Below, one piece after another: positions 1 to 11,950 of a stretch of DNA of 64,000 bases. A program made the position numbers and the translations under genes. This stretch comes from Octopus sinensis (lineage: Eukaryota): contig NC_043006.1 in the NCBI RefSeq assembly GCF_006345805.1, positions 28,272,001-28,336,000 of the forward strand, read 5' to 3'. The notes under the pieces were generated by a model. That model saw nothing but the letters and a program-made list of their open reading frames with translations, made no database searches and had not been told where the DNA came from. Numbering within the stretch: position 1 is the stretch's first letter; each line of letters opens with the position of its first letter.

Positions 1-316
1 CGGTGGCACGTAAAAAGCACCATCCGATCGTGGTTGTTGCCAGCCTCGCCTGGCCCATGTACCGGTGGCACGTAAAAAGCACTATCTGACCGTGGCTGTT
101 CGCCAGTCCCGTCTGGCACCTGTGCCGGCGGCACTTAAAAAGCACCCACTACACTCACGGAGTGGTTGGCGTTAGGAAGGGCATCCAGCCGTAGAAACAT
201 TGCCAGATCAGACTGGAGCCTGGTGCAGCCTCCTGGCTTCCCAGACCCCGGTCGAACCGTCCAACCCATGCTAGCATGGAAAGCGGACGCTAAATGATGA
301 TGATGATGATGATGAT
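1..316 (+). mobile_element. VNTR-containing retroposon family, 3' part
   Basis: About 60-bp ggcacgtaaaaagcaccatccg units, then the conserved ggttggcgttaggaagggcatccagc...ccatgctagcatggaaagcggacg end and a (GAT)n tail. Other copies approx. 3075-3350(-), 22017-23105(+), 29330-29560(-), 31225-31725(+), 32730-32945(+), 33000-33270(-), 48600-48940(+), 52150-52385(+), 55660-56180(+), 56880-57060(+), 62405-62610(-). Confidence 0.8.
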
Positions 317-599
317 ATATTATGGCATTAAAGTATCAGACATGTTGAAGGTGTAATGTAAGTAAATGGATAAAGTTGTTCTTTCCAATGTTTGTATATC
401 ATACTATAACAAATATTGATGCAAGCAAATTTATAAGTGGGCCTGAATAAATTGATACACCAGATTTATTCATGTATAATATGCACTTAAAGTACACTTT
501 TGAATTTGAGCAAAGAAATCTCAGAAAAAAACAATCTATTGTGTGAAGAATGAAATAATGTGGAAGATTTCTCATAATGTGAAGAGAGAATTAATGAGT

Positions 600-786
600 T
601 ATTCATTCCTTTATTTACATTTGAAGGATATTTGTCCTCATCCTGTTTGTTGTTAACACAACGTTTCAACTGATATACCCTCCAGCCTTCATCAGGTGTC
701 TTGGGGAAATTTCAGACCTGGGTTCTCATTTCTAAGGTATTTTTCGATGTTACTTAGGAATGAGAACCCAGGTTCAAAATTTTCCC
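600..786 (-). mobile_element. Penelope-like element terminal (pLTR) fragment with partial inverted duplication
   Basis: Carries the hammerhead motif; 703-736 is repeated inverted at 753-786. Confidence 0.45.
655..700 (-). ncRNA. Minimal type-I hammerhead ribozyme fold (Penelope-type)
   Basis: Minus strand reads GACAC-CUGAUGA-A-GGCUG-(10 nt)-CAGUU-GAAAC-GUU-GUGUU: intact core, stem I GACAC/GUGUU, stem II GGCUG/CAGUU, palindromic ACGU in place of stem III. Confidence 0.6.
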
Positions 787-1993
787 AAAAAACTGTCCCT
801 CGATCATAAATGTAGATACATTCAATACGATAAAAATTTAAATAAATAACATTAATTTAACTTGTTATTCATCATTCCTATTTCTTAACTTTCTTTACAT
901 ATTCAAAAAATTCCAGCACAATCATCTTTGATTGTAAACAAAGACAGCCAGTATCAACATGTTAATATATGTAAACATATGTAAATATGTTGACTGACAC
1001 CAGGTTGACTTTGATTACTAAAGATGGTTGTGTTGGATTTTCTAAGAGAGTTAAGCAAATAGAATAATGGAGAAAAGTTCAACTGATGTTATTTGTTTTT
1101 GTTTTGTTGTATATGTATTTAGTAAAATATATAGTTTATCTTTAATGTACTAAATGTATGTATATCTAAGATATGATAATTTTCACAACAAAATATGTAT
1201 TACGAAACTTTTTAATGTTTACATTCTTTTACAGTTCTGTGACAAGTAATTAGAGATGTCAATATCTGTTTATAGAAAAAAAAATATTCACTCCGTTCTA
1301 CAATGACAACATTTATGTTGATAACAAAATTAAAGTTGATAGTGACAAAATCTCGAGATAGGCAACAATATAACTGAGATTGACATTAGCAAAACTGTGG
1401 CTGGAGATGACAAATTTGAGGACAATGTTGAGATTCAAATTTGAGAAGACTTTGTTTATCCTCCTCCCCTCCTAATCTTCCTTTTCCTGCTCCTCCTCCT
1501 CTCCCCATCTGTCTCCTGTCTACCCTCTTCTTCCCTTCCTATATCCCCTTTCATTGCCCCACCTCTACTTTTTCTTCCCCTCCTCCTCCTCATCATTTTA
1601 AAGTCTATTTTTCCATGCTGGCATGGGTCAGATGAGACTACATTGGAATAGAATTTTCTTCAGTTGGATCCCCTTTCTGATGCCAACCCTCAACTTTTTC
1701 CAAGCAAGGTAAAAATCTTTCCATGTAATGAACAACAAACTTAGACATGGTAAGGCAGAGAAATGGAAACAAATAACACTATTTGAAAGAGTATATTTTT
1801 TTTATAAAGCTGGTACAATATGTTAGGACATCTGGATATGATTTCTTGGTGGATTACAAGTAAATGACTGTGAGACTGTTGTTTACAACCAGTGAACACA
1901 CAATAAGATGAGGGAGATACAAATTCAGCTGTACAAACACAGACACATATATATGTAGAGAGAGAATGACAAATATGTACCAAACTTGATGTA

Positions 1994-2655
1994 TGAGGGG
2001 AAGTCAAAAATTATCTGCACTTTTACCATAACTTATCTTTATTATTGCCATACTGCCTTCTGTGCACACGTGCTTATAGCTGGTACTATTGTCGTTACAT
2101 GATCGAAGTTTGAACCTGATGAAGCCATTTTTCTTTCTGGCTTTACAGTGTAAGCATGGCCACTCCACTAGCAATGTGCACCAAAGAAGGACAAAGTGCA
2201 ATGATCAGAGAGATGGTAATGGTAAACCAGTTCCCCATTACCATCTCTTGAGCTTACTGAATCTTCTCATCAGTGGTGGGGGTTGATGGGCGTCCTGCTC
2301 CCACTTTGTGCATCACTCTTGCCTGGCCACTTTTAAACTTCTTGATCCACTCATACATACTTCTACATGGTAGTGCACAGTCCCTGTATTGTTCTGAAAG
2401 CCTCCGATGAATTTCGGCACCTGAAACACCTTCCGACCAGAGAAATCAAATCACAGCTCTTGGTTCTTCTTTGGAGTACATTGCTAGTGGAGCACATTGC
2501 TAGTGTAAGCCATGCTTACACTGTAAATCCAGATAGAAAAATGGTGCAATCAGGCTCAAAATTCGATCACATGACCACAATTGCGCAGAAGGCAGTGTGA
2601 CAATAATAAAAGATATGTTATGGTTAAAGTGCAGATAATTTTTGATCTCTCCTTG
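1994..2655. mobile_element. Non-autonomous mariner derivative built from two inverted left ends
   Basis: TA at both ends; arms of about 210 bp inverted; minus arm encodes a degenerate mariner N-terminal HTH (FLWSEGVSGAEIHRRLSEQY...YEWIKKFKSG...GRP). Confidence 0.8.
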
Positions 2656-3765
2656 TATATACACCACTGAAAGGTATGATGCCTTGCTTTTGTCTGAGAA
2701 AAAATTTCTTTACAAACATGTTGTGTTAAAAACACAGAGTATATTGGGGTGAGTTGAACATCATCTCAGCAGTAGCTAAATCAGATTTCTGATTTCTATA
2801 AACAAAAGCCAATACTCTTGTTTGATTCATTGGTACAGGGTAGCTTTGACTGAGAAGACAAAATAAAGTTGAAGTAACTGTGGTATTACAAAATCACCTT
2901 ACATCAATGAATCATGTTTATTACATCATTTACATGGAGATGTTCTCTGATGGTGAAATATGAACAAGTGATCAGCATACTCATGTTTGAATTTGCCAGA
3001 ATGTATTAAGAACAATTAGATACATTCTTATTTGGATCCTCACAATTCTGCATGTGCCTCATGAAATATGTAAGCTACATCATCATTGTTTAGCGTCCGC
3101 TTTCCATGCTGGCATGGGTTGGACGGTTCAACTGGGGTCTGGGAAGCCAGAAGGCTGCACCAGGCCCAGTCTGATCTGGCAATGTTTCTACAGCTGGATG
3201 CCCTTCCTAACGACAACCAATCTGTGAGTGTAGTGGGTGCTTTTTACGTGCCACCGGCACAGGTGCCAGACGAGGCTGGCAAACGGCCACGATCGGATGG
3301 TGCTTTTTACGTGCCACCGGCACGGAAGCCAGGTGAGGCTGGCGTAGTTAAAATGTGTAGACAGGCAAAATTATGAAGAATTATATCAGTAACAGAAAAT
3401 GGCAATTTAATTTTTTCTTATTTCTCCAATATCACAATTAGCAGAAATTTAGACGTTCATTTCATTAAGAAAGTTTTGCCATTAAACGTTCTTGATTATA
3501 TTTCTGAATATAATACTGATTACAAATTTTGGCACAAGGCCAGAAATTTTGGGGGAGGGCATAAGTCAATTAAATTGACCCCAGTGTTCAACTGGTACTT
3601 ATTTCATTGACCCCAAAAGGATGAAAGGCAAAGTCAACCTTGGTGGAATTTGAACTGAGAACATAAAGAGATAAAATGCCACCAGGCATTTTCCTGACAT
3701 GCTAACAATTCTGCAAGCTTACTGCTTTATTTCTGAATATAATATTAAGTAGTTTTATATTACAA

Positions 3766-4129
3766 CTAACACTTTGACCCAGCAACGCCGGGTCATAGTG
3801 CTAATGCATGTATATACAGCTGTATGCGTGTGCACATACACGCGAGTACTGTCCAAATCTCCAACCAATCACATACAGCTAGCTGGCATTTAATTGGCGT
3901 ATCAAGTTTCGGGCATTTTGATTGGGTTTTGGATAGAAAATTCACAAAGAAGTCACTTCTATTGATTTTTTAATGGCTTTGTTGGGTGACTGGGGAAATG
4001 TAAAGATGTGCACGACCACCCTTGGACGGCTTTGAATGACCATAGAAAGTGTGAGCTCTCTAACTGAAAAATTGTGGATTTATATAAAGGATACACACGC
4101 AGACATTTTGCCGTTTATTTCTATAGAGA
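3766..4129 (-). mobile_element. Non-autonomous Helitron, family H1
   Basis: 5' TC(TCTATA), subterminal GC hairpin, CTAG-like 3' end (one mismatch); homologous to 16189-16561 and 49938-50275. Confidence 0.8.
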
Positions 4130-4737
4130 TGTTAAATAGTTTTATATCAAAATATTATATAGTTTTATATTATAAAAATTAAAGGTAAAATAAGCATCAG
4201 AGATGTTTTGCTCTACACAGAAATTGCAAGAACTAACCAGAAATATCGCAAGCTCTTCTGGTAGTGACTGAAGTCATCACAATGATAGAAATTCTTCCAT
4301 ATCATCAACAAGTATTTCAGAGCCACAAGTGTTTAGCTTCTTTAGCCTGTAATTTTTGGTCAAGCAGGGCAGTGAGGACTATATTAGCCTTTAGCTGGTT
4401 GCAGAAAGGTACCATCTGTGGTCCCTTGTCAACCACAACCATCTTGAACTGGTTTCAGCTGCCAGGGTAGTGTTCTTCAATTGTTTGTATTCCAAACCAA
4501 TCTTATGCTGGTAAACTGAGGCAGCAAGCTTTAATAAGAAATGGGGCAGTGTGCTCCAATGTGACAAGAGCTTCATTAAAATGTCCTGACACTTGGCTTT
4601 TTATAGTTGGTGAGAAATGTCAGGTTTGCCTTCTCTATGGTACTATAAGTTCGGCTACGATTATTGCTGGATAGCATGAACATATTATATTAGCTTTATA
4701 TTATAATATCAAAAAGTTTATATTTTGTTATAATAGA

Positions 4738-4947
4738 TGCAGGCGTCGATGTGTGGTAAGAAGTTTACTTCCCAACGACATGGTTCTGGGTTCAGTTCCA
4801 CTGCTTGGCACCTTGGACGAGTGTCTTCTACTATGGCTTCGGGCCAACCAAAATCTTGTGAGTGGATTTAGAAGATAAAAACTTAAAAAAGACCCGTGGT
4901 ACGTACATATATACATACATATACACATACATACATACATACTTACG

Positions 4948-4978
<31 letters not shown>

Positions 4979-5198
4979 GTGTGTGTGCGCGTTTGTCCTC
5001 CATCAACGCTTGACAACCGGTGTTGGTGTGTTTACGCTCCCTTACCATAGCTGTTCTGCAAAAGAGACCAATAGAATGAGCACCGGATTTTTAAAATGAC
5101 TAATGATTGAGAGGTCGATTGGTTCGACCAAAATTCTTCGAAGTGGTGTCCCAGCATGGCCGCAGTCCAATGACTGACACAAGTAAAAAATAAAAGAT
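4738..5198 (+). mobile_element. tRNA-derived CORE-like SINE with internal microsatellite
   Basis: Box A/B-like head (tgtgtggtaag...gggttcagttcc), ccttggacgagtgtctt CORE-like block, internal (CATA)n, shared 3' body ending cagcatggccgcagt...gaaacaagtaaaa. Confidence 0.8.
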
Positions 5199-5289
5199 AA
5201 ATATCAAATAGTTTTATAATACTGATTTCAAATTTCGGAAAAGAAATGACCCCAGCAACTTTGGAGGACGGAGTAAGTCTATACAACTG

Positions 5290-6200
5290 GTACTTATTTT
5301 ATCGGTCCCGAAAGGATGGAAGACGATGTTGACATCATAGTTTGAAATTTTGGCGAAGTTTAGTCCGATGAGAGTTATCCCCCCTTTTGCTGGGTGTGTC
5401 TCAGAAGTTACCCTGCTTCAGGTATTGTCTCATTTTACAAGTAAACCCCAATTTTTATTTTTATTCCTCCTAAACTGTTCATAGTCTGAATTGCTTTAAA
5501 ATTAACATCACATTTTGTTTCTTCATTATATATCTAAAAAAATATATATATATAAAAAAAATTGCGAATTCTGTCTTTATTACAAAGCTATTAATTTTGT
5601 AAACAAACCTTCGAATAAAATAATCTTGTTAGGTTCTGTTATAATTCTATTTCCATATATACATATATTGTGCATTATACCGATATAACTCGACCCTACT
5701 TTAGTTTATTGATGATACCCCCAGAAAAACGAAAAGCAAAGTTGTCCTCGCCCGGATTAGAATTCAAAACGTAAATTTCGCCGATCCAAAACATCGAAAT
5801 TTTTTCGAATATTTTTTGAAAACGAAAACGTTAAATCAGTTCCTTTATTACTGTTTCATATTCAGTTTTAGTGTAGAAGCTGTAGTCCCACGCAGTTATC
5901 TAATTCGAGTATACATGTTTCTTTGTTCTGTTCATCTTTCACTTGGCGCTAACGCCAAAACGAAGATTACTTTAAGCTGGGAACCTATAATATAGGTACC
6001 ATGATCAATGCTTTTCTCATTAAAAGGCTATTTTCATCTTTATGCATGCAGAACTAATGTTAGTAATAATTATTACTATTATTTATTTCTTACATTAACG
6101 CAATGTCGTTACAATCTTGGAATAGCAACTATAAAGTGATGAGGCTAACTTCAGTGCTGGACTAAAACATCAATAAAATGAAAGGCAATTTGCTTGCGCC
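5290..6200. promoter_or_regulatory. Candidate promoter / non-coding first-exon region of FGGY
   Basis: Non-repeat sequence that retains CpG by eye, unlike the CpG-depleted gene body; donor-like cttcag|GTATTG at 5421/5422; an upstream exon is required by the acceptor at 10090. Confidence 0.35.
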
Positions 6201-6525
6201 GGGCAAAAAGTCTAGAGACTTAGATAAGTTCTGTGAAGTATTTTGTCCTGTTCTCTACTTATTTCGCTTTCCATCACCCTCTTTTAGTTACTTCTATTTA
6301 TGTTTTGAGAACAAATTAGCCGATGTCACGTTAACATTGCCTTCGTCCATCAAGAACCTATGAAACAATCGACTCACATCCAATCTTGGCTTTGTATTAA
6401 CGTTATGAATTATTATTATTATTATTATTATTATAATCATGTGTGTCAGCCCTTGTGGCCAATAAAAAGAATTAATTATCATCATCATCATCATCATCAT
6501 CATTATTATTATTATTATTATTATT

Positions 6526-6562
<37 letters not shown>

Positions 6563-6576
6563 TAATATTAATAATA

Positions 6577-7510
6577 AAGCAGTGAGCTGGCAGAATCGTA
6601 AGCACTCCAGGCAAAATGCTTTGCGGTATTTCGTCTGCCGCTACGTTCTGAGTTCAAATTCCGCCGAGGTCGACTTTGCCTTTCATCCTTTCGGGGTCGA
6701 TTAAGTATGTACCAGTTACGCACTGGGGTCGATGTAATCGACTTAATCCTTTCCCCCAAATCTGAGGCCTTTGTGCTTCCAGTAGAAAGGATTAAAAAAA
6801 TATTTTAAATTTATTCTATTAGTCTTCTTTACACGCGAAACCCTCACAACTACACACACTCACATCCACATGCATTTTTTTTTGTCCTGTGCTAATATTT
6901 TTCTTCCTGTAAACCCTTGCGGTTAATGAAGAAATCATCATCATCATCATCATTATAATTAAGGTCGACTTAGCCTTTAATCGTTTCAGGGTTGATAAAT
7001 TAAGTACCAGTGGAGTACTGGGGTCGATGTGATCGACTGTCCACTCCCCACAAAATCCATGCTTGTGGCTATAATAGAAAGGATTATTAGGCAGAATTGA
7101 TAGCACGCCAGGCGAAATACTTAGTGATATTTCGTCTGTCCTTATGTTCTGAGCTCAAATTCCACCAACACCAACATTGTCTTTCATCCTTTCAGGGTTG
7201 ATAAATTGAGTACCAGTGAAACACTGGTGTTGGTCTAATCGACTGGTCCCCTCCCTCAAAATTTCAGGCCTTGTGCCTATAGCAGAAAGGCTAATTATTA
7301 AGGTAGTGAGCTGGTAGAATTGTTAGCACCCCAGACAAAATGCTTAGCAGCATTTCTTCTACCTTTATGTCCTGAGTTCAAATTCTTCCAACGTTGACTT
7401 TGCCTTTCACCCTTTTGAGGTTAATAGATTAAGTACCAGTGAAACACTAGGGTCGGTCAATTTAATTCACTAGTCCCCTCCCCAAAATTCCTGGCCTTGT
7501 GTAGAAAGGA
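6577..7510 (+). mobile_element. Head-to-tail cluster of the about 215-bp tRNA-derived SINE (family S1)
   Basis: Repeated aaggcagtgagctggcagaa...gagttcaaattcc...gactttgcctttcatcctttcggggtcgataaattaagtaccag...gtagaaaggatt units separated by (ATT)n. More than 30 copies or fragments by eye across the window (e.g. 8428-8845, 11522-11912, 21587-22012, 23123-23512, 37425-38680(-), 42490-42880). Confidence 0.85.
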
Positions 7511-7760
7511 ATATTAATTTTATTATATGTTTGACATTTGCTTTGTATTTGTACAAGTCTCACTCAGAGACAACAGGTTAGAAGTGCATGCTGGTGTTAT
7601 GCCTCGGGTGTCATATATTCGGTTTTGTACATAGTATTGTTCTAGAGAATATTTATGAAAACAAGAAAATTATGAGTTTGTTTTAAAATTTGAGATTACA
7701 GTATCTTACGTAGGATATGGGCAGTTCCCATGAGCACTATCTTTTGAATTTCTACCATAT
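7510..7760 (-). mobile_element. R4/Dong-like non-LTR retrotransposon 3' end
   Basis: Minus strand encodes EIQKIVLMGTAHILRKIL*, a typical ORF C-terminus of the clade, followed by a 3' UTR. Confidence 0.65.
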
Positions 7761-7782
7761 TATTATTATTATTATTATTATT

Positions 7783-8365
7783 TTGTCTATTATGAAAGAC
7801 TCTTAGATAGTTCTTAATTACCAGTTATTCTTTACTTGAAAGCAGGCAATAACAAATCACCAAAGGTTTCAAGTAGTGGCTGGTATTTCTCAATCTTTTC
7901 TGTTTCCTTACATTTCACCCTTGAATTACCTGGTATTGCAACGTCTGTTATCTTTACTTCTTTTCCATCTTTATGGATGATCACAATATCTGGTCATCTC
8001 GCCTCTATGATTTGGTCACACTGCATGTTTAAATCCCAGTGTATTTTGTAATGTTCATTTTCCATTACTCCCTCTGGCTTGTGTTCATACCATTGTTTGG
8101 CTCTCTCGATACTGCACAACAGCCAGTGGACATATCTGGTCACATTATCATGTCTCTTTTTGTATTTGCATTGTGTGAGCTTACAGCACTCACTAACAAT
8201 ATGGCTTATACTTTCTCCTTTCTCACAGCACATCTTATACTGTGGCGAGTCAGTGCCTTTATTAATGTGATATTTGGAGTAGTTTGTTCTGAGAGCTTGA
8301 TCTTGAGTGCTGTGCACTAATGCCTCAGTGGCCCTTTTAAGTCTCCTTTCTGCAGCCATTCTTAG
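7783..8365 (-). mobile_element. R4/Dong-like non-LTR retrotransposon fragment (CCHC knuckle + restriction-like endonuclease)
   Basis: QDQALRTNY...KMCCEKGESISHIVSEC...KKRHDNV...HW, continuing past a stop as PDIVII...ITDVAIP...KETEKIEKY (PD-(D/E)xK); flanked by (ATT)n on both sides. Confidence 0.85.
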
Positions 8366-9449
8366 GTTCTATTCCAGTCAATCTCATCAATTATCATCAT
8401 TATTATTTTTATCATTATTATTATTATTAAGGCAGCAAGCTGGAAGAATCGTTAGCGTGCTGGACAAAATGCTTAGCTTTATTTCACCCAGCGCTATATT
8501 CTGAGTTCAAATTCTGCCACGGTTGACTTTGCCTTTCATCCTTTCGGGATCAATAAATTAAGTACCAGTGAAACACTGGGGTCAATAAAATCCCCACAAA
8601 TTTCAGGCATTCCCTACAGCTGTTGTTGTTGTTGTTAAGGCAGTGAGCTGGCAGAATTGTTAGCATGCTGAGTGAAATGCTTAGTGGTATTTTGCCTGCT
8701 GCTACATTCTGAGTTCAAATTCTGCCGAGGTCGACTTTGCCTTTCATCCTTTCGAGGTCAATGAAATAAGTACCAGTTCCGTACTGAGGTCGATGTAATC
8801 AACTAGCCCTCTCCCCCAAATTTCAGGTCTTGTGCCTATAGTAGTGTTGTAGTGAAAATAGTACTCCTCTTCCCACTATAAAGTCAGACAGTCAGTAGTT
8901 GTAGCAGGTCAGTAGTAGTAGAGTCATTGTATGAGTTCTCATTTGGAGTTAGTTACATGATAGTTACGAGTTACCGTCAAGGTAGATGTTTCAAAGTCAT
9001 TGTCTTGTAGAGCTATCAGTGATAGCACGATAACAGACAAGTCAAAGATAATAAGATGTGGAATACTGCCACAACATAGTAGAGACAAGAAAGAATATTA
9101 CAATAACATACAAGTGGATGAGGATCCACATTATAAAGTGGTGATAAGAATATAAATGATTCACATGGACAACATTGAGAAAATGTGGATAGTATGTACA
9201 AAACTTTCAAGCTGCTTCTCATTTGTTGCATAAACCTTTATATCATCCATGAAAAAAAAAAATGCTTGGTTCTATTATAGGAGTCTTTGAACAGATTCTA
9301 TTTGAAACCCAAACTATCTGTTTACACAAATTCTCATTCGTCACCCAATCCTGAACTACTATACAAACTTACCCAAATTTTCAAATTTTACAATGTAAAT
9401 GTTTCAAGGAGTAGGATAAAGAGAAGTGGGTGGAGTAGAAAACCTTTAA

Positions 9450-9669
9450 CCCTTTTGTTACCAACCCAGCTGAAACCGGCTCTGGATCTGAGTACAAATG
9501 TCTTGTTTTCATAAGTTTTGAATTAAAATCTTCCACCAAACCTTAGTCACAATTTATGTTCCTAACACTAGCTTAATGATAACTAAGTTATTTTACTAAA
9601 TTCTTTGTTATATTTAAAGTAATTGAAAGAAACACAGAGCATCTCAAAATAAATACAGTAATGAAAGGG
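9450..9669. mobile_element. piggyBac-like MITE
   Basis: TTAA|CCCTTT...AAAGGG|TTAA with about 12-bp imperfect TIRs. Confidence 0.75.
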
Positions 9670-10109
9670 TTAATGGATATCAATGTGAATGATAAATTCT
9701 TTGTTGAAGTTGCCAACAGTACTTATTCTGTTTTATTTTTACATATGTGATTTGAACAGCTCTCACAAAATTATTTATTCACTCGAAGCTTTTTTTACTG
9801 TTCACCAAACTTTCTTTAAATGAACAAGTGCAAGCTGTATTTTTTCCTTTTAATCTTTATTTTGAACTTTTTTCTAGAAAAAATATTAACCAATGAAGTT
9901 CACTTGTATTCTGCACTGAATTTCTTACAATACTTGGTATTGTACTTTTTACTCAATCCCTTAATTGGAAGATTCTGTGATATCTCCTCTTATAAAATAA
10001 TCCTGTAATTTGTTTCTGGAAATTCTTCAACTTTCTTCACACTAACATTACCGTTATTTAATTTTCTCTATTGACGTCTATTTTTAACAGGATTCTGATT
10101 GTTAAGAAA

Positions 10110-10292
10110 ATGTATGGTGATCTTTATATTGGCATTGATGTAGGAACTGGAAGTGTAAGGGCAGCACTTTTCCAAAATAATGGAACACTGATTGCCAAAC
10201 ATGTCAGTAAAATCTCCATTCACAATCCACTACCAGATTATTATGAGCAGTCAACAGAGAACATTTGGGCTGCTGTTATTTGTTCTGTCAAG
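10110..10292 (+). CDS. FGGY: FGGY coding exon 1 ([20 protein letters not shown]...ICSVK)
   Basis: AAAATG start at 10110; phosphate-1 motif DVGTGSVRA; donor AAG|GTAGGG; upstream acceptor tttttaacag| at 10090 implies a non-coding upstream exon. Confidence 0.95.
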
Positions 10293-11911
10293 GTAGGGGC
10301 AACAACATGATATTTCTCTCTGTAACTGTTTGATGTTTCACTGTTTTTTTTTTTTGATGTTCCTCTCTTTTGTTTTATGTTTCTCTTGTTTGTTTGATGC
10401 TTTTAAAAAAGATTTTCAATCATATACAATTAAAATTATATCTAATTGAAATATTTTAATTAATCATACCCATGCTAGCATGGAAAGCGGACACTTAACG
10501 ATGATGATGATTTTGATACCTGCTAGCAATAATAACCAAATCTGAAATACAGAATTCTTCTGTGAAACTTTGATTCAGTGTTATTTTATCTATAAAGTTG
10601 TAAAATGGTTGAAAACATGGTTTAGTAAGTGTGGTCACTAATTTAGCATGAGTGCTCTGTGATTTAATGTATGAAGAATATTTGTGTGAGAATCCATTCC
10701 AGTGTGCTTTTGATAAGCATGTACAAAGAATGTCAGAAGGCAGTTCATTTCTAATGAAATATTGAAAACTTTATTTAAATAAAACAAGTACTGGCAAGTT
10801 GTAACAATAATTAATCTGCATCTGTATGCGAATCGTCTACATGCGTATGTGAGACAGGAAAAATCTCATAATTTACTTTTTGCACTAAAGGGTTATGTGG
10901 AAGCCATTGTAAGCTAATAGGAACAAGAATGTACTACTCATTTTGAGGCAGGGTTGTAGCTGATGTCATTCAAGTAAGTTGCATGAAGTTGGTGGTGAAC
11001 ACAAAAACTGTGGCTTATCAAAGGAAGAGATGTTACTTCAAGGCCATCTTTTCACCAACTGATATGAAAGTGCCACTTCACTGCTTAAGCAGATCACTGC
11101 CATTTGTATTCATACATAGCCAGCCCTGATTGGCTGGAGTCTGCCACAACACAACTGAACTATGCTATGACAATAAAATAGATCTTTCCTAACTTGCTAA
11201 AAGGGTATCTTACTGTCATATAATGTTTACTACATCATTTGGTATTTATCTATTGCTTTGAGTTGTCTACTGGCTGATTATATACAATGTGTACAAAAGA
11301 AATTTGAGCCTGGTAATTTTTTTAAGATTTTGCCATAAATAAAATATTCGATTTTACCAAACATTTTGGATGTCAAAGAATTAATGAACTCTTATAATAA
11401 AATAACAATTACATGGCCATTAATCAAATATAGCAACTTTATGACCATTGGGGTCCCCTTTTTTAATCATTATCATTGTTGTTGTCATCGTCGTCGTCAT
11501 CATCATCATCATCATCATTATTAAGGCAGTGAGCTAGCAGAATTGTTAACATGCTGGGCAAAATGCTTGGTAACATTTCATCTGTCTTTATGTTCAAGTT
11601 CATACTTTCGGAGTCGATAAATTAAATACCAGTGAAATGCTGGGGTTGATGTGAGTGACTATCCTCCTCCCCCTCAAATTGCAGGCCTTGTGCCAATAGT
11701 AGAAAGGATTATTATTATTATTATTATTATTAAGGGGGCAAGCTAGTGAGTGGGACAGAATGCTTTCTTCTGGTTTTACATTCCAAATTCAAACTCATCT
11801 GAGGTTGACTTTGCCTTTGATCCTCTCTGGGTACCACTTGAACACTGGGGTTGATGTAACCAATCAGCCCCCTCCCTCCAAATTTCAGGCTTTGTGCTTA
11901 CAGTAGAAAGG

Positions 11912-11950
<39 letters not shown>

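Noticed and set aside
2726-2849. Possible minus-strand exon (acceptor ttgtcttctcag; QSYPVPMNQTRVLAFVYRNQKSDLATAEMMFNSPQYTLCF*) of a divergent gene
   Set aside because: Only 40 codons, no recognisable homology, no partner exons identified; needs RNA-seq.
4264-4660. Short ORFs on both strands in a higher-GC block
   Set aside because: All frames are interrupted by stops and no motif is recognisable.
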